From positions 1 through 63,254 of the forward strand of contig JAZREI010000140.1 of NCBI GenBank assembly GCA_045660685.1: a stretch of 63,254 nucleotides of DNA, in the 5' to 3' direction. The stretch comes from Oscillospiraceae bacterium. Lineage in GTDB: Bacteria; Bacillota; Clostridia; Oscillospirales; Oscillospiraceae. The notes beneath the pieces were generated by a model that did not search any database, was not told the DNA's origin, and saw only the letters and a program-made list of their open reading frames with translations. The translations under genes and the position numbers were made by a program. Below, piece after piece: positions 1 to 8,557 of this stretch; within the stretch, counting starts at the first letter, position 1; each line of letters starts with the position of its first letter.

Positions 1-335
1 GTCCTGCCATGCTCCACGGGTCGTGCAACCCCTGCGCGAATGGAGTTGGACAGCTCTCGTCTGGTGCCTTCCGCAATGGCACGGGTCAGCTCACGATGGT
101 GCATGGCCATGTACGCATCTTCCACGCTCAAGCCCACCTGAGGACCTGTAAGCTTGAAGAACATGGGATTCTCCAGCTCCTTCTGCAGGTTGAAGCCTGC
201 GTACCTGCCTGCCATTTCCGCACCCTGGCGCTGCAGGGAATCAAAATGGCTGCGCACATCCACACCGTTGGGTGCAGCAGATACCGCAGCCGCCTCACCT
301 TCCGCAAACAGCTGCAAATTCATAATCTCTCTCAT
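1..335 (-). CDS. Phage scaffolding-like protein, N-terminal part only (gene runs off the window start); carries an L27-like Prp cleavage leader
   Basis: Not in the ORF track because it has no stop in the window. My translation of the minus strand from ATG 335-333 reads MREIMNLQLFAEGEAAAVSAAPNGVDVRSHFDSLQRQGAEMAGRYAGF... The start forms an ATGA overlap with the Prp stop, and GAAAGGAG lies 5 nt upstream. The position after portal/Prp is typical for a scaffold gene. Confidence 0.6.
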   Translation of the reverse strand, partial: MREIMNLQLFAEGEAAAVSAAPNGVDVRSHFDSLQRQGAEMAGRYAGFNLQKELENPMFFKLTGPQVGLSVEDAYMAMHHRELTRAIAEGTRRELSNSIRAGVARPVEHGR

Positions 336-664
336 ACTTGCTCCTTTCTCATTTCAAAACTTACATACTCGGGGTAATCCGCCGCCAGCAACCGAAAGCC
401 CAGCACAATACTGTCCATGACGGCAGTCACCACACAGTCAAACTCTGCCACGGGAGCGCACATAACCTCCCCCGCTCCCGCACGAAGGCTCACGGCAATA
501 TCCTCTGCCAGCCCGCGTTCACTGAGCCTGCGCACCGCCCCCGCAAGGGTGTGCAGCAGCATGGATGCCCCGGCACAAAGGATATCTGCGCCTCGCTCCG
601 CAAACCCCGCATGACCTGCCACAGTCACACGATGCTCCCTGCGGTCATAGACAATGCGAATCAT
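332..664 (-). CDS. Prp-like cysteine protease (ribosomal-processing protease family, DUF464), phage-encoded
   Basis: The 110-aa product has the signature GHAGFAERGADILCAGAS (His/Cys dyad context of YsxB/Prp). It has ATGA overlaps with portal upstream and scaffold downstream. Confidence 0.75.
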   Translation of the reverse strand: MIRIVYDRREHRVTVAGHAGFAERGADILCAGASMLLHTLAGAVRRLSERGLAEDIAVSLRAGAGEVMCAPVAEFDCVVTAVMDSIVLGFRLLAADYPEYVSFEMRKEQV

Positions 665-2508
665 AAGCGGCTGCCTCCTGCGGTACGGGCTCTCGCGGCA
701 CGCATATGCTTGGGCTCGCCCCCTGTAATGGGTTGGAATGCCGTGGCTGCGATTTTGCCGCCCATGAGGGCGGTGATGTCGGCGCTGATGCCCTCTACCA
801 TTTCGGGCTCGGACTTTTTCGCCAGCATCAGTGCCAGCTGCATATAGTCCGCCAGCTTGCGGCGCAGACCTGCCTGCTGTGTCATGCGCTGCAGCAGACC
901 ATCCTTGCCCTCAAAATCCATCATCTCCAGACACACCATAGCCTGCTCTGTGCGATTGGGGTCAAACAGCCCTGCACCGTACAGCTGCAAAGCCAGCTCA
1001 TTTTGCGCCATACGGGAGTAGGCATCCTGCTTCTGGGCAGAGATTTTGATGTCAAACACAGGCAGTCGATAGCCCAGGTCTTCCCCATGGAAGCTGCCCT
1101 GATACATAGGCAGCAAACCGCCGTTATCGAAGCTCACAAAGCGATCGCCCCCCATGCCCGTAATGCGGAATTGACGGGGCAGGTCGTAAAACTGACGAAT
1201 CAGCTCAATGCACAGCTCCACAATTTCTCCGTAGGCACGATAGGTGGTGCGAATGGCATCACGGCTGCCCTTGCCGCTGGCTTCCTGCAGTGCCGCAATG
1301 GCCGATGCGGCAGTAACGCCCGATGCGATATTGCCCGTAGAGGTCTCGGTATTGCCGCTGGTTTCACGGAGCTCCTGAATGGTACGGTCCAGCACCGACA
1401 CATAGTTGCCGTCCAGACCTGTATGCTCAATGCGGCGCAGATGGTCCTCGGACACAGAGCCTGTGGTATGGACGATGGGTGCGCTCAAGTCCAGAAACTC
1501 TCCCTCGTTGATGGTACCGTCACCACGGGAGAAATAGCGAGGAGTGGCCCCTACCATGGCATTCTTCACGAAGGCTGTCTTCATCAGGTCGATTTCCGTC
1601 TGGGGATTCTTGCACAAGTCCACAAATCCATAGCCGCAGGGACTGCCCTCCACAGGGAACAGCGCATCCAACACAAAGGGATAGCGCCCGTGGTCATACA
1701 GACCTGTTTCCGCCAGCTCGGGATCATTTTCTGTGGCGTACAGCACCACATCCTCCACATACTTCACATACTGCAGGGTGTTCACCCCATCAATGGGCTT
1801 GTGATAGTACACCTCCACCACGGTGACCTTGTCGGAGGTATCCACCGCATCGTCGTAGAGGAATCGGGTGGCAATAAAGCCCGAGGTCTTGAGCTTGCCC
1901 GACAGCAGCTCAGGGTACTCCGCTCGCAGCAGTTCCTTATCCACCGCTTCCGTGTGGAATACATAACGGGAGTGCTGAATATCGGTGACACCGGGCTCCC
2001 AAAACAGGTTCAGCAAATTCACACGCTCAATGGCGATGTCACCCAACCCGTTCAGCTTGCTGCCGTCCCATACCACCTTGTACACCCCTGTACCCGTCTT
2101 CAGCTTCTGCCACATGACATGGGAGTAGGTATGTTCAAAACGATTCTGCTCCAGCACACAGGGCAGGATTTTGCTCAGCAGCTTTGCCTGCTCACGGTCC
2201 GATGCCTCACGAGGCAAAATCACAGGCTCGGGATAGGCATCCATCATGTCCGCGTGCTTGGACACAATGACGTTGTGGAGCCAGCCGCTGACCGAGCGAA
2301 AGCTCTTATCACGGGCAAGGTGCTGTTCTTCCATGGCATTGCGCAGCTTCCACCAGTTTTCACTGGCAAGAATACGCCGCTCGGTCTGTGCCTTGCCCGA
2401 CTTATATTTTTGCAGGACGGCGGTCAATTCCTTGACCTGCTCTGCCCCAATCACGGGAGTATCCCGTATCAAGTTTTCTTCATTCAATAAAAAATCTCCT
2501 TTTTTCAT
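661..2508 (-). CDS. Phage portal protein
   Basis: This 615-aa ORF lies directly downstream of TerL in the canonical terS-terL-portal order. The assignment rests on size and position. An alternative TTG start at 2487 has a better SD (AAGGAG, 9-nt spacer). Confidence 0.75.
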   Translation of the reverse strand: MKKGDFLLNEENLIRDTPVIGAEQVKELTAVLQKYKSGKAQTERRILASENWWKLRNAMEEQHLARDKSFRSVSGWLHNVIVSKHADMMDAYPEPVILPREASDREQAKLLSKILPCVLEQNRFEHTYSHVMWQKLKTGTGVYKVVWDGSKLNGLGDIAIERVNLLNLFWEPGVTDIQHSRYVFHTEAVDKELLRAEYPELLSGKLKTSGFIATRFLYDDAVDTSDKVTVVEVYYHKPIDGVNTLQYVKYVEDVVLYATENDPELAETGLYDHGRYPFVLDALFPVEGSPCGYGFVDLCKNPQTEIDLMKTAFVKNAMVGATPRYFSRGDGTINEGEFLDLSAPIVHTTGSVSEDHLRRIEHTGLDGNYVSVLDRTIQELRETSGNTETSTGNIASGVTAASAIAALQEASGKGSRDAIRTTYRAYGEIVELCIELIRQFYDLPRQFRITGMGGDRFVSFDNGGLLPMYQGSFHGEDLGYRLPVFDIKISAQKQDAYSRMAQNELALQLYGAGLFDPNRTEQAMVCLEMMDFEGKDGLLQRMTQQAGLRRKLADYMQLALMLAKKSEPEMVEGISADITALMGGKIAATAFQPITGGEPKHMRAARARTAGGSRL

Positions 2509-2604
2509 CTCGTACGCACACCACGCTTATGGTTTTGTCAAAGCACGGTATCGTTTCTTCTGCAATCTTCCAACCATCCGCCCCAACACAGTTCGCCCGC
2601 ATTT

Positions 2605-4011
2605 TCATCTCATCTGGTTCAGCGGGTCGGTCAAATACACCACTGCCTCGTCCTTCACCACAGGGCGCACAGGCTTGGACATACACATATACCGCACCTC
2701 GTCCGCCACATGGTCTTCCAGCGTCGTATCCAAATCCTCGGGCCGCGTGGGGCTGTACATCATTTGGGGTATGGTGCGGATGAAGGCCTTGCAGGTATCG
2801 AATATATACATACGGGCATACCCGTTCTCATCAAACTGCAAGCGGTAATGCACCTGCATCCACCCGGGAATTCGCTCATTGTCACCCGGTGTGAAGTAAA
2901 TGCCATACCGTGCCGCTGTGTCCGCGATGCTCTCCCCACGGCTGGCATCCCAGATGGCAGGGTCGGCTACACTGTCCACAATTTTTCGCCCCTTCAGCCA
3001 GGGATGCTCCCGCTCAAACTCCGAAATGCGCCGAAACTGCTCATCGGGGGTCTGCTTCACGCCCTCGTCTGGGGTTGCGGTGCAGCCATAAATCTCCGCA
3101 ATGCGGTACAGCACCCCATCGGGGTCAATGGCCCAATACCCAAGGGAAAAGGGCTTATTGTACCCAAAGTCGTAGCTGCGCATAATATTCCAGCGCCGTC
3201 TGCCCCCGCTGTTCAAGTCAAAGGGCTTGATGACATGGGTAAAGCGATGTTCCTGCAAAGCCTCCTCCTTGGTAATGCCTGCAGCCTCACACAGCACAGG
3301 GTCGGGCTCGGTGCGGAAATCCTCGAAAAACTGACCCTCGAAAATATCCCATCTGCCGTACAGCCACGCATCCCGCAGCTTCGGGGGCAGTGCCTCCAGC
3401 TGCTGCACATAGTCGGGCTGGGATTCCATCAAAGCCTTATTGTCTGTCACCAGACTCTGAATAAAGGCATAGTCCTCGGGTACTTCCCCTTGGCGAAATT
3501 CCCTGTCAATAAACAGCCGCTTGAAATAGCCGTGAGAGGGTCCACCGGGGTTGCAGGTGTAATACACACGTTTGGGGAATTCGTTTACCCCTCGCACCGA
3601 TGCAGTGATGCGGCGAATCCAATCCTCACGCAGCTGTGTGGCCTCATCCAAAAACACCACATCGTATTCCGCCCCCTGATACCGCCCCAAATCTCGGTCG
3701 GCATTGCAGTATCCGAAAGAGATGGCAGAGCCGTTTGGGAAATGAAAGACCTTTTCGGTCTTGTTGTATTTGGCAATGCCGTGGAGCAGCTCCAGCAGCG
3801 GATTGATATGATTGTTCACCAGCTCGGGGTATGTACGGCGAACAATGAGCACCTTGATGCCTGCGTACCGCAGACACAGCAGCACCGCCTTTACCCGCAC
3901 ACACCAGCTTTTACCGCCACCACGGGCTCCACCGAATCCCACATGCTTCTGCTCGGCAGTGAGAAACAGCTTTTGCTTCTCATTGGGCGGGTCAATCTTC
4001 AGTTGTTTCAT
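2605..4011 (-). CDS. Phage terminase large subunit
   Basis: 468 aa. An N-terminal Walker A-like motif reads GFGGARGGGKSW. The start forms an ATGA overlap with the upstream small-subunit gene, and length and order are typical of TerL (PBSX/Terminase_3-like). Confidence 0.85.
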   Translation of the reverse strand: MKQLKIDPPNEKQKLFLTAEQKHVGFGGARGGGKSWCVRVKAVLLCLRYAGIKVLIVRRTYPELVNNHINPLLELLHGIAKYNKTEKVFHFPNGSAISFGYCNADRDLGRYQGAEYDVVFLDEATQLREDWIRRITASVRGVNEFPKRVYYTCNPGGPSHGYFKRLFIDREFRQGEVPEDYAFIQSLVTDNKALMESQPDYVQQLEALPPKLRDAWLYGRWDIFEGQFFEDFRTEPDPVLCEAAGITKEEALQEHRFTHVIKPFDLNSGGRRRWNIMRSYDFGYNKPFSLGYWAIDPDGVLYRIAEIYGCTATPDEGVKQTPDEQFRRISEFEREHPWLKGRKIVDSVADPAIWDASRGESIADTAARYGIYFTPGDNERIPGWMQVHYRLQFDENGYARMYIFDTCKAFIRTIPQMMYSPTRPEDLDTTLEDHVADEVRYMCMSKPVRPVVKDEAVVYLTDPLNQMR

Positions 4012-4553
4012 ATAGCAAACATCTCCGCATCCTCTCCAAACACCACTTCAATGCCGTCCGCATTCTTTTCCGCCTGCTCCAGCTTCTGCCGTGCCAGCTG
4101 CTCTCGCAGCTCCTGCTCACGGTCAGGCAAGCCGTACAGGTCACGGGTCAGCCCCGTCAACTTCTCCAGCACCGTTCCCATATCCTTCATGGCCTTGGTG
4201 TCCGCCTTATCGAATACCGCCTCCGTGGTATGGGTACCGTCCTCATCCTTTTCCTTCACAATGTAGCGATAGAACTGCTTGGGGTCGTCCAGCGCATCCA
4301 GCGCCGCATCCATGAGCTTGTCCGTACTGCCCATAAGCCTTGCCATACGCTCGGCAGCCTCATCCGCCATGCGGTCAGAGGTCTTTGCCATCACACGGTC
4401 ACGGTGCCTGCGCCGCAGCTGACTCCATTGCTCTGCCATGCTGCGGTATTGCACCTGCCCCATAGGCACACCGTACTTCTCCGCCAGCTTTGTCTTACTG
4501 ATGTTCGTGGTCACATATTCCGTTTTCATATCCTCCCAATTGATATCGGGCAC
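4008..4553 (-). CDS. Putative terminase small subunit (N-terminal HTH, charged coiled C-terminal part)
   Basis: 181 aa with a GTG start preceded by GGAGAGGGGG. An HTH-like segment reads TNISKTKLAEKYGVPMGQVQYRS. The gene sits immediately upstream of TerL and is translationally coupled to it. Confidence 0.6.
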   Translation of the reverse strand: MPDINWEDMKTEYVTTNISKTKLAEKYGVPMGQVQYRSMAEQWSQLRRRHRDRVMAKTSDRMADEAAERMARLMGSTDKLMDAALDALDDPKQFYRYIVKEKDEDGTHTTEAVFDKADTKAMKDMGTVLEKLTGLTRDLYGLPDREQELREQLARQKLEQAEKNADGIEVVFGEDAEMFAI

Positions 4554-4573
4554 AGTTTCACCCCCTCTCCGTT

Positions 4574-4590
4574 GTAACTTGTAAAGTTAC
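4574..4590. promoter_or_regulatory. 17-bp palindrome GTAACTT-GTA-AAGTTAC between the Cro-like gene and the terS ribosome-binding site (candidate operator)
   Basis: The arms are perfect 7-bp inverted repeats. The same half-sites recur in the cI/cro intergenic region. Confidence 0.5.
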
Positions 4591-4592
4591 TG

Positions 4593-4787
4593 TCATGCAA
4601 AAAAAATGGTTTCGGGATGCTGCAGCTGCAGCAGCTCTGTCAGCAGCAGGATATCCTGTGTGCCAAACTTCCCCGATTGCATCTTTTTGCAGAAGCACTG
4701 CTCACTGATGCCAAGATGCCACGCCACCTGAGCATCTGTAAGCTTCTGTGTCTCGATTTCCCATTTCAGCCGATCTGTTTGAACCAC
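4593..4787 (-). CDS. Cro-like/XRE-type small HTH regulator
   Basis: 64 aa with a GTG start and SD AAGGGGTG. HTH segment: LTDAQVAWHLGISEQCFCKKMQSGKF. It is divergent from the CI-like repressor. Confidence 0.6.
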   Translation of the reverse strand: MVQTDRLKWEIETQKLTDAQVAWHLGISEQCFCKKMQSGKFGTQDILLLTELLQLQHPETIFFA

Positions 4788-4857
4788 GCCCCACCCCTTA
4801 TCTTATTTAGCTACATCATTATCTCTTTCGGATATCTGCATGGTATCACAAGATAAT

Positions 4858-4916
4858 GTAACTTGTCAAGATATTCCGATTGACTTTTAAAGTTACTGCG
4901 TATATAATAAAGTTAC
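4858..4916. promoter_or_regulatory. Divergent switch region: predicted P(cI) TTGACT-17-TATAAT (4880-4908) and leftward TTGACA (rc of 4864-4869), overlapped by GTAACTT/AAGTTAC half-sites (4858-4864, 4890-4896, 4910-4916)
   Basis: Consensus sigma-70-like hexamers and the repeated 7-mer half-sites were read directly from the sequence. Confidence 0.5.
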
Positions 4917-4941
4917 CCAACATCACAAGGAGCTGACCCAC

Positions 4942-5592
4942 ATGAAAATCGGCGAACGCATTAAATATAGACGAGAGGAGCTTGGCATTGCCCAGACCCA
5001 GCTTGCAGAGCGCATCGGCACCTCCAAGCAGAATCTGTATAAGTACGAAAACGGCATCATTGCCAATATCCCCGCAGACAAAATCGAAGCCATTGCCAAG
5101 GCTTTGCACACCACCCCTGCCTATCTCATGGGCTGGAGTGATGACCCTTCCCTGACTGCCGCTGCGGCTGTCATTCCCGACAATATCCTTCCCATGCCCA
5201 AGACAAAGCGCATCCCCCTCATCGGCACCATTGCCTGCGGCAAGCCCATTTTGGCGGTGGAGAACGCAGACGATACCGTTGCGCTGCCCGAAGACATTGA
5301 CGCAGACTTTTCCCTGCTCTGCAAGGGTGACAGCATGGTAAACGCCCGCATCTTCGACGGGGATATTGTGTATATCAAGGAGCGCCCCATGGTAGAAAAC
5401 GGAGAAATCGCCGCCGTCATCATCGGTGAAGAAGCCACACTGAAGCGGGTATACTACACCCCCGGCAGTGACCGCATCACCCTGCGAGCCTGCAATCCCG
5501 TGTATCCCGATATGGAATACGAAGGGGAATCCCTGACCCAAATTCGCATTATCGGAAAGGCAGTTGCCTTTACCAGCACCATCCGCTTATAA
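4942..5592 (+). CDS. CI/LexA-like repressor (XRE HTH + S24 peptidase domain)
   Basis: N-terminal HTH: IAQTQLAERIGTSKQNLYKYENG. The S24 Ser context is KGDSMVNA and the Lys context is ATLKRVYY. The linker reads GTIACGKP where LexA has AAG(E)P. SD AAGGAG precedes the start. Confidence 0.85.
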   Translation: MKIGERIKYRREELGIAQTQLAERIGTSKQNLYKYENGIIANIPADKIEAIAKALHTTPAYLMGWSDDPSLTAAAAVIPDNILPMPKTKRIPLIGTIACGKPILAVENADDTVALPEDIDADFSLLCKGDSMVNARIFDGDIVYIKERPMVENGEIAAVIIGEEATLKRVYYTPGSDRITLRACNPVYPDMEYEGESLTQIRIIGKAVAFTSTIRL

Positions 5593-5593
5593 A

Positions 5594-5626
5594 AAAAGAC
5601 CTCAGTCCCAATGACTGAGGTCTTTT
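5594..5626. terminator. Bidirectional intrinsic terminator between the repressor gene and degV
   Basis: Hairpin AGACCTCAGT...ACTGAGGTCT is flanked by an A-run and a T-run. Confidence 0.7.
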
Positions 5627-5635
5627 GATTTTCCC

Positions 5636-6487
5636 TTATTCGCTGAAGCCTGCAATACCGAATGCCGCAGGACCGCCGTGGGTGGTAATGACACCGCCTG
5701 CCTGAATCCACTGAATGCTCTTGAAGCCACATTCTTCGGCAGCCTTCGCAACCACCTGCTTCACTTCCTCGCTGATACCCACGGTATACACGCACCACAG
5801 CTCATCCTTGCGGAGACGATACTGCGCAGAATATTCCTTCACTAGCTGGGAAGCCACCTTCACCATCTTGCCGCGGTACTTCTTGGTAGCCATGAGCTTA
5901 CCATCCAAAATTTCGATACAGGGATGAATGCCCAGCAGACCGCCCACCAGTGCAACCACGTTGCTGACGCGGCCGCCTGCACGAAGGAATTCCAGATTGT
6001 CGGGAATGAAGCACATATTAGCCTTTTCAATGAGTTCATGGACGGTTGCCACAGCTTCCTCCATGGTCATGTCGGGCTTTTCACGGAGCTTTCTCGCCAT
6101 TTCCACAACCACCATGCCCTGCCCTGCGGATACCTGCTTGGTGTCAACAGCGGTCACATAGTCTCTGCCTTCCGCAGCAATGACGCCGCTCTGATAAGAA
6201 ACGGTGGTCACCGCAGAATATGCCAGATACAGAATCTCCGCATCGGGGTATTCCATGTGAATGCGGTCAAAAACAGTCACAAAGTCCTCGGGATTGGAGC
6301 CGCTGGTCTTGGGAAGCTTCTTCCCGTTGCTGTAAAATTCCACGATCTTTTCCACAGGGAAACTACCGTCGTCAAAGGTTTCCTCGTCAAAGGTCACGTG
6401 CATAGGCACAATGTAAATGCCGTATTCCTTTGCCAGCTCCGCGGAAATATCCGCCCCTGTTTCCGCAACCAAAATAATCTTTCCCAT
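5636..6487 (-). CDS. DegV family fatty-acid-binding protein
   Basis: MGKIILVAETGADIS... is a typical DegV N-terminus, and the length is about 283 aa. I prefer ATG 6487 (GGAG 6 nt upstream) over the track's TTG at 6499. Confidence 0.85.
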   Translation of the reverse strand: MGKIILVAETGADISAELAKEYGIYIVPMHVTFDEETFDDGSFPVEKIVEFYSNGKKLPKTSGSNPEDFVTVFDRIHMEYPDAEILYLAYSAVTTVSYQSGVIAAEGRDYVTAVDTKQVSAGQGMVVVEMARKLREKPDMTMEEAVATVHELIEKANMCFIPDNLEFLRAGGRVSNVVALVGGLLGIHPCIEILDGKLMATKKYRGKMVKVASQLVKEYSAQYRLRKDELWCVYTVGISEEVKQVVAKAAEECGFKSIQWIQAGGVITTHGGPAAFGIAGFSE

Positions 6488-6665
6488 ACGTTTCTCCAAT
6501 TCGTTTTATTGTATCTGTTTTGCGGTTATCGCATAACCTGTTATGAAGTTTATAATACCTGTTATAATTTCATTCGTCAAGATATATTTTCTCCCCCGCA
6601 TCGGTTGAATCCATAGGTATTTTATGGCATAATTTGGTTAATCCTTTTGACAAGAAGGTTTTCCT

Positions 6666-8456
6666 ATGACAACAAAACCAAAATCATACTATATAAAAAC
6701 AGCCCTTGAGGTACTGCTCATTTTCTTTGCCTTTCAGACACTGCATTTGAAGCTGCCTCTGCTGTTGTACGAAAGCGGCGGCGGACTTTCCGCCCTGCCC
6801 CTGTGCGCGGAAGCCATGCTCACCCCGGATTTGTACACCCTTATCCTATTCGGGGCTCTGACCGCATTCCGCTGCAAAGTCCCTCATCTGCCTCAGAAGC
6901 GATGGGAAACCGTCTTCTGCGCGGTCTTTTCCCTGTGCCTGATGGTGGGCGACAGCTTCGCCGCCATTGACAGCTGGGACTTGGTGTTCGGCTCTCCCGC
7001 AGCCTTGCTGCTGTCCGCAGTCACCCTTGTGGGGCTCACCTGCATCTGCACCACAGCACTTTGCTGGGCAAAGCACCTGCTTTCTCTGATTCCCACAGAC
7101 CGTATCACCCTGCCAAAGGTCTGGGAAAAGCACCCCTTCCTGCTGCCTTGGTGTATCATTCTGCTGTGCTGGCTTCCCTATTTCCTGGTGCGCCTGCCTG
7201 CCGCAGTGGAGCATGATGCCTACGCCCAGTTGGAAATCATCTTCGGGCTACGTGAATTCACTGCCCACAACCCTGCCTTCTCCACCATGCTCATTGGCTT
7301 TTGGGTGAAGCTGGGCACTGCCATCTTTGGTGCAAAGGAAGCGGGACTGACCCTGTTTGTACTGTTCCAAGCCCTTGCCTGCTCTGCCATGCTGGCTTAT
7401 ACCGCCCGCGCTATGGTGCGCTTCAAAGCCCCTGCCGTGGTCACCATGGTCTCCGCAGCCATTTACGCACTGGCAACCATTTACCCCAACTATCTGACCA
7501 CCATCATGAAGGACGCTCTGTACGCCTGTATGACCGTCCTGCTGATTACCCTCATTGCAGAAGAACTTCTCCTGCCCCCAAGCAAAAAGCGCATTGCCGC
7601 CATCTTCGCCGCAGCAATCCTCACAGGACTCCTGCGCAATAACGGCTTCCTACTCCTATGGGCGCTGAGCGCTGCTGCGGTAATTTGCCTTGTACGCAGC
7701 CCCAAGCTACGCCGCAAAGGCATGAGCGCAGCCCTGCTGACCGCCTGTGTGCTGCAGCTGCTGTACTCCAACGTGCTGCTGCCTGCACTGAACATCCCCG
7801 CAGGTCCCTTCCACGAAATGCTGTCCGTACCCTTCCAGCAAACCGCGCGTTATGTCCGTGACTACCCCGAAGACATCACCGAGGAGGAATACGCCGTCAT
7901 CGATGCCATTTTGGGCATGGACGATTTGGCACAGCGATATGACCCCAATCTTTCCGACCCTGTAAAAAACGACTGCACCGATGACAAAAGCACTGTCGCT
8001 CCTTATCTGAAGGTCTGGCTCAAGCAATTCCTCCGTCACCCCATGGTATATGTGGAAGCCACCATGAACAACTGCTACGGCTTCTTCCACCCCAACTCAA
8101 GGGAATATATCTTCTGCTATACCACTATATCCACCAATCCCGACTTGGTATTTGACGAGATGGAAGGTCTCATGCCTTTGAAGATTGCCGCCAGATACTT
8201 TGTCATGCTGTTTGAAAGCTTCCCCCTAACCCTGCCTCTGTGCAATGCAGGCTGTCATGTTTGGCTGGCACTGTACCTGCTGTGCAAGGCACTGGAGCGC
8301 AAGGACCAACTATTCCTTGTGCCCTTCGCCTCTGTGCTGATGAGCATGCTGGTGTGCATGGCTTGTCCCGTATTCTTCATCAACGGTGTCCGCTATGCCC
8401 TGCCTATTATTTACGCAACCCCGATGCTCACCGCACTGACCTTGAGAAAGCAATAA
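6666..8456 (+). CDS. Large polytopic membrane protein, family unassigned (possibly DUF6020/GT-C-like)
   Basis: 596 aa with many hydrophobic segments in the first 370 aa, then a soluble-looking C-terminal part followed by 2-3 further TM segments. It has a good SD and a terminator at 8466-8495. The family guess is weak. Confidence 0.6.
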   Translation: MTTKPKSYYIKTALEVLLIFFAFQTLHLKLPLLLYESGGGLSALPLCAEAMLTPDLYTLILFGALTAFRCKVPHLPQKRWETVFCAVFSLCLMVGDSFAAIDSWDLVFGSPAALLLSAVTLVGLTCICTTALCWAKHLLSLIPTDRITLPKVWEKHPFLLPWCIILLCWLPYFLVRLPAAVEHDAYAQLEIIFGLREFTAHNPAFSTMLIGFWVKLGTAIFGAKEAGLTLFVLFQALACSAMLAYTARAMVRFKAPAVVTMVSAAIYALATIYPNYLTTIMKDALYACMTVLLITLIAEELLLPPSKKRIAAIFAAAILTGLLRNNGFLLLWALSAAAVICLVRSPKLRRKGMSAALLTACVLQLLYSNVLLPALNIPAGPFHEMLSVPFQQTARYVRDYPEDITEEEYAVIDAILGMDDLAQRYDPNLSDPVKNDCTDDKSTVAPYLKVWLKQFLRHPMVYVEATMNNCYGFFHPNSREYIFCYTTISTNPDLVFDEMEGLMPLKIAARYFVMLFESFPLTLPLCNAGCHVWLALYLLCKALERKDQLFLVPFASVLMSMLVCMACPVFFINGVRYALPIIYATPMLTALTLRKQ

Positions 8457-8557
8457 ACCACCAACCCCCTCGGCAAAATCGCCGAGGGGATTTTGCTGCG
8501 TTGATTTCACCCCATCCCCTGTGGTATGATGGAAAAAAGCAAATAAGGAGATGAACT

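Larger units (their letters stand above)
1..5630 (-). mobile_element. Right-hand end of a prophage-like element (lysogeny switch plus packaging/head module); left part lies outside the window
   Basis: Contiguous minus-strand genes for scaffold, Prp, portal, TerL and TerS are preceded by a Cro-like HTH gene and a divergent CI/LexA-like S24 repressor. A host-type DegV gene begins right after a terminator at 5594-5626. No integrase or replication genes lie between the switch and either neighbour. Confidence 0.8.

Noticed and set aside
706-2490. A 594-aa plus-strand ORF, and similar long ORFs at 2710-4266, 11013-12845, 13129-15132, 15433-17187, 19682-20713, 20493-22091, 28122-29960, 29987-31417, 31839-32978, 33032-34135, 34166-35467, 36908-38302, 48371-49846, 55303-57738 and 57809-59242.
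   Set aside because: Each is antisense to a gene with clear family motifs, good SD/start context and operon logic. Their products are low-complexity (Gly/Val/His/Gln-rich) with no motifs. They are typical shadow ORFs in GC-rich coding DNA.
5593-5640. I searched the prophage/host junction for an att core or an integrase remnant.
   Set aside because: Only a bidirectional terminator lies between the repressor gene and degV. The other end of the element is outside the window, so direct repeats cannot be evaluated.
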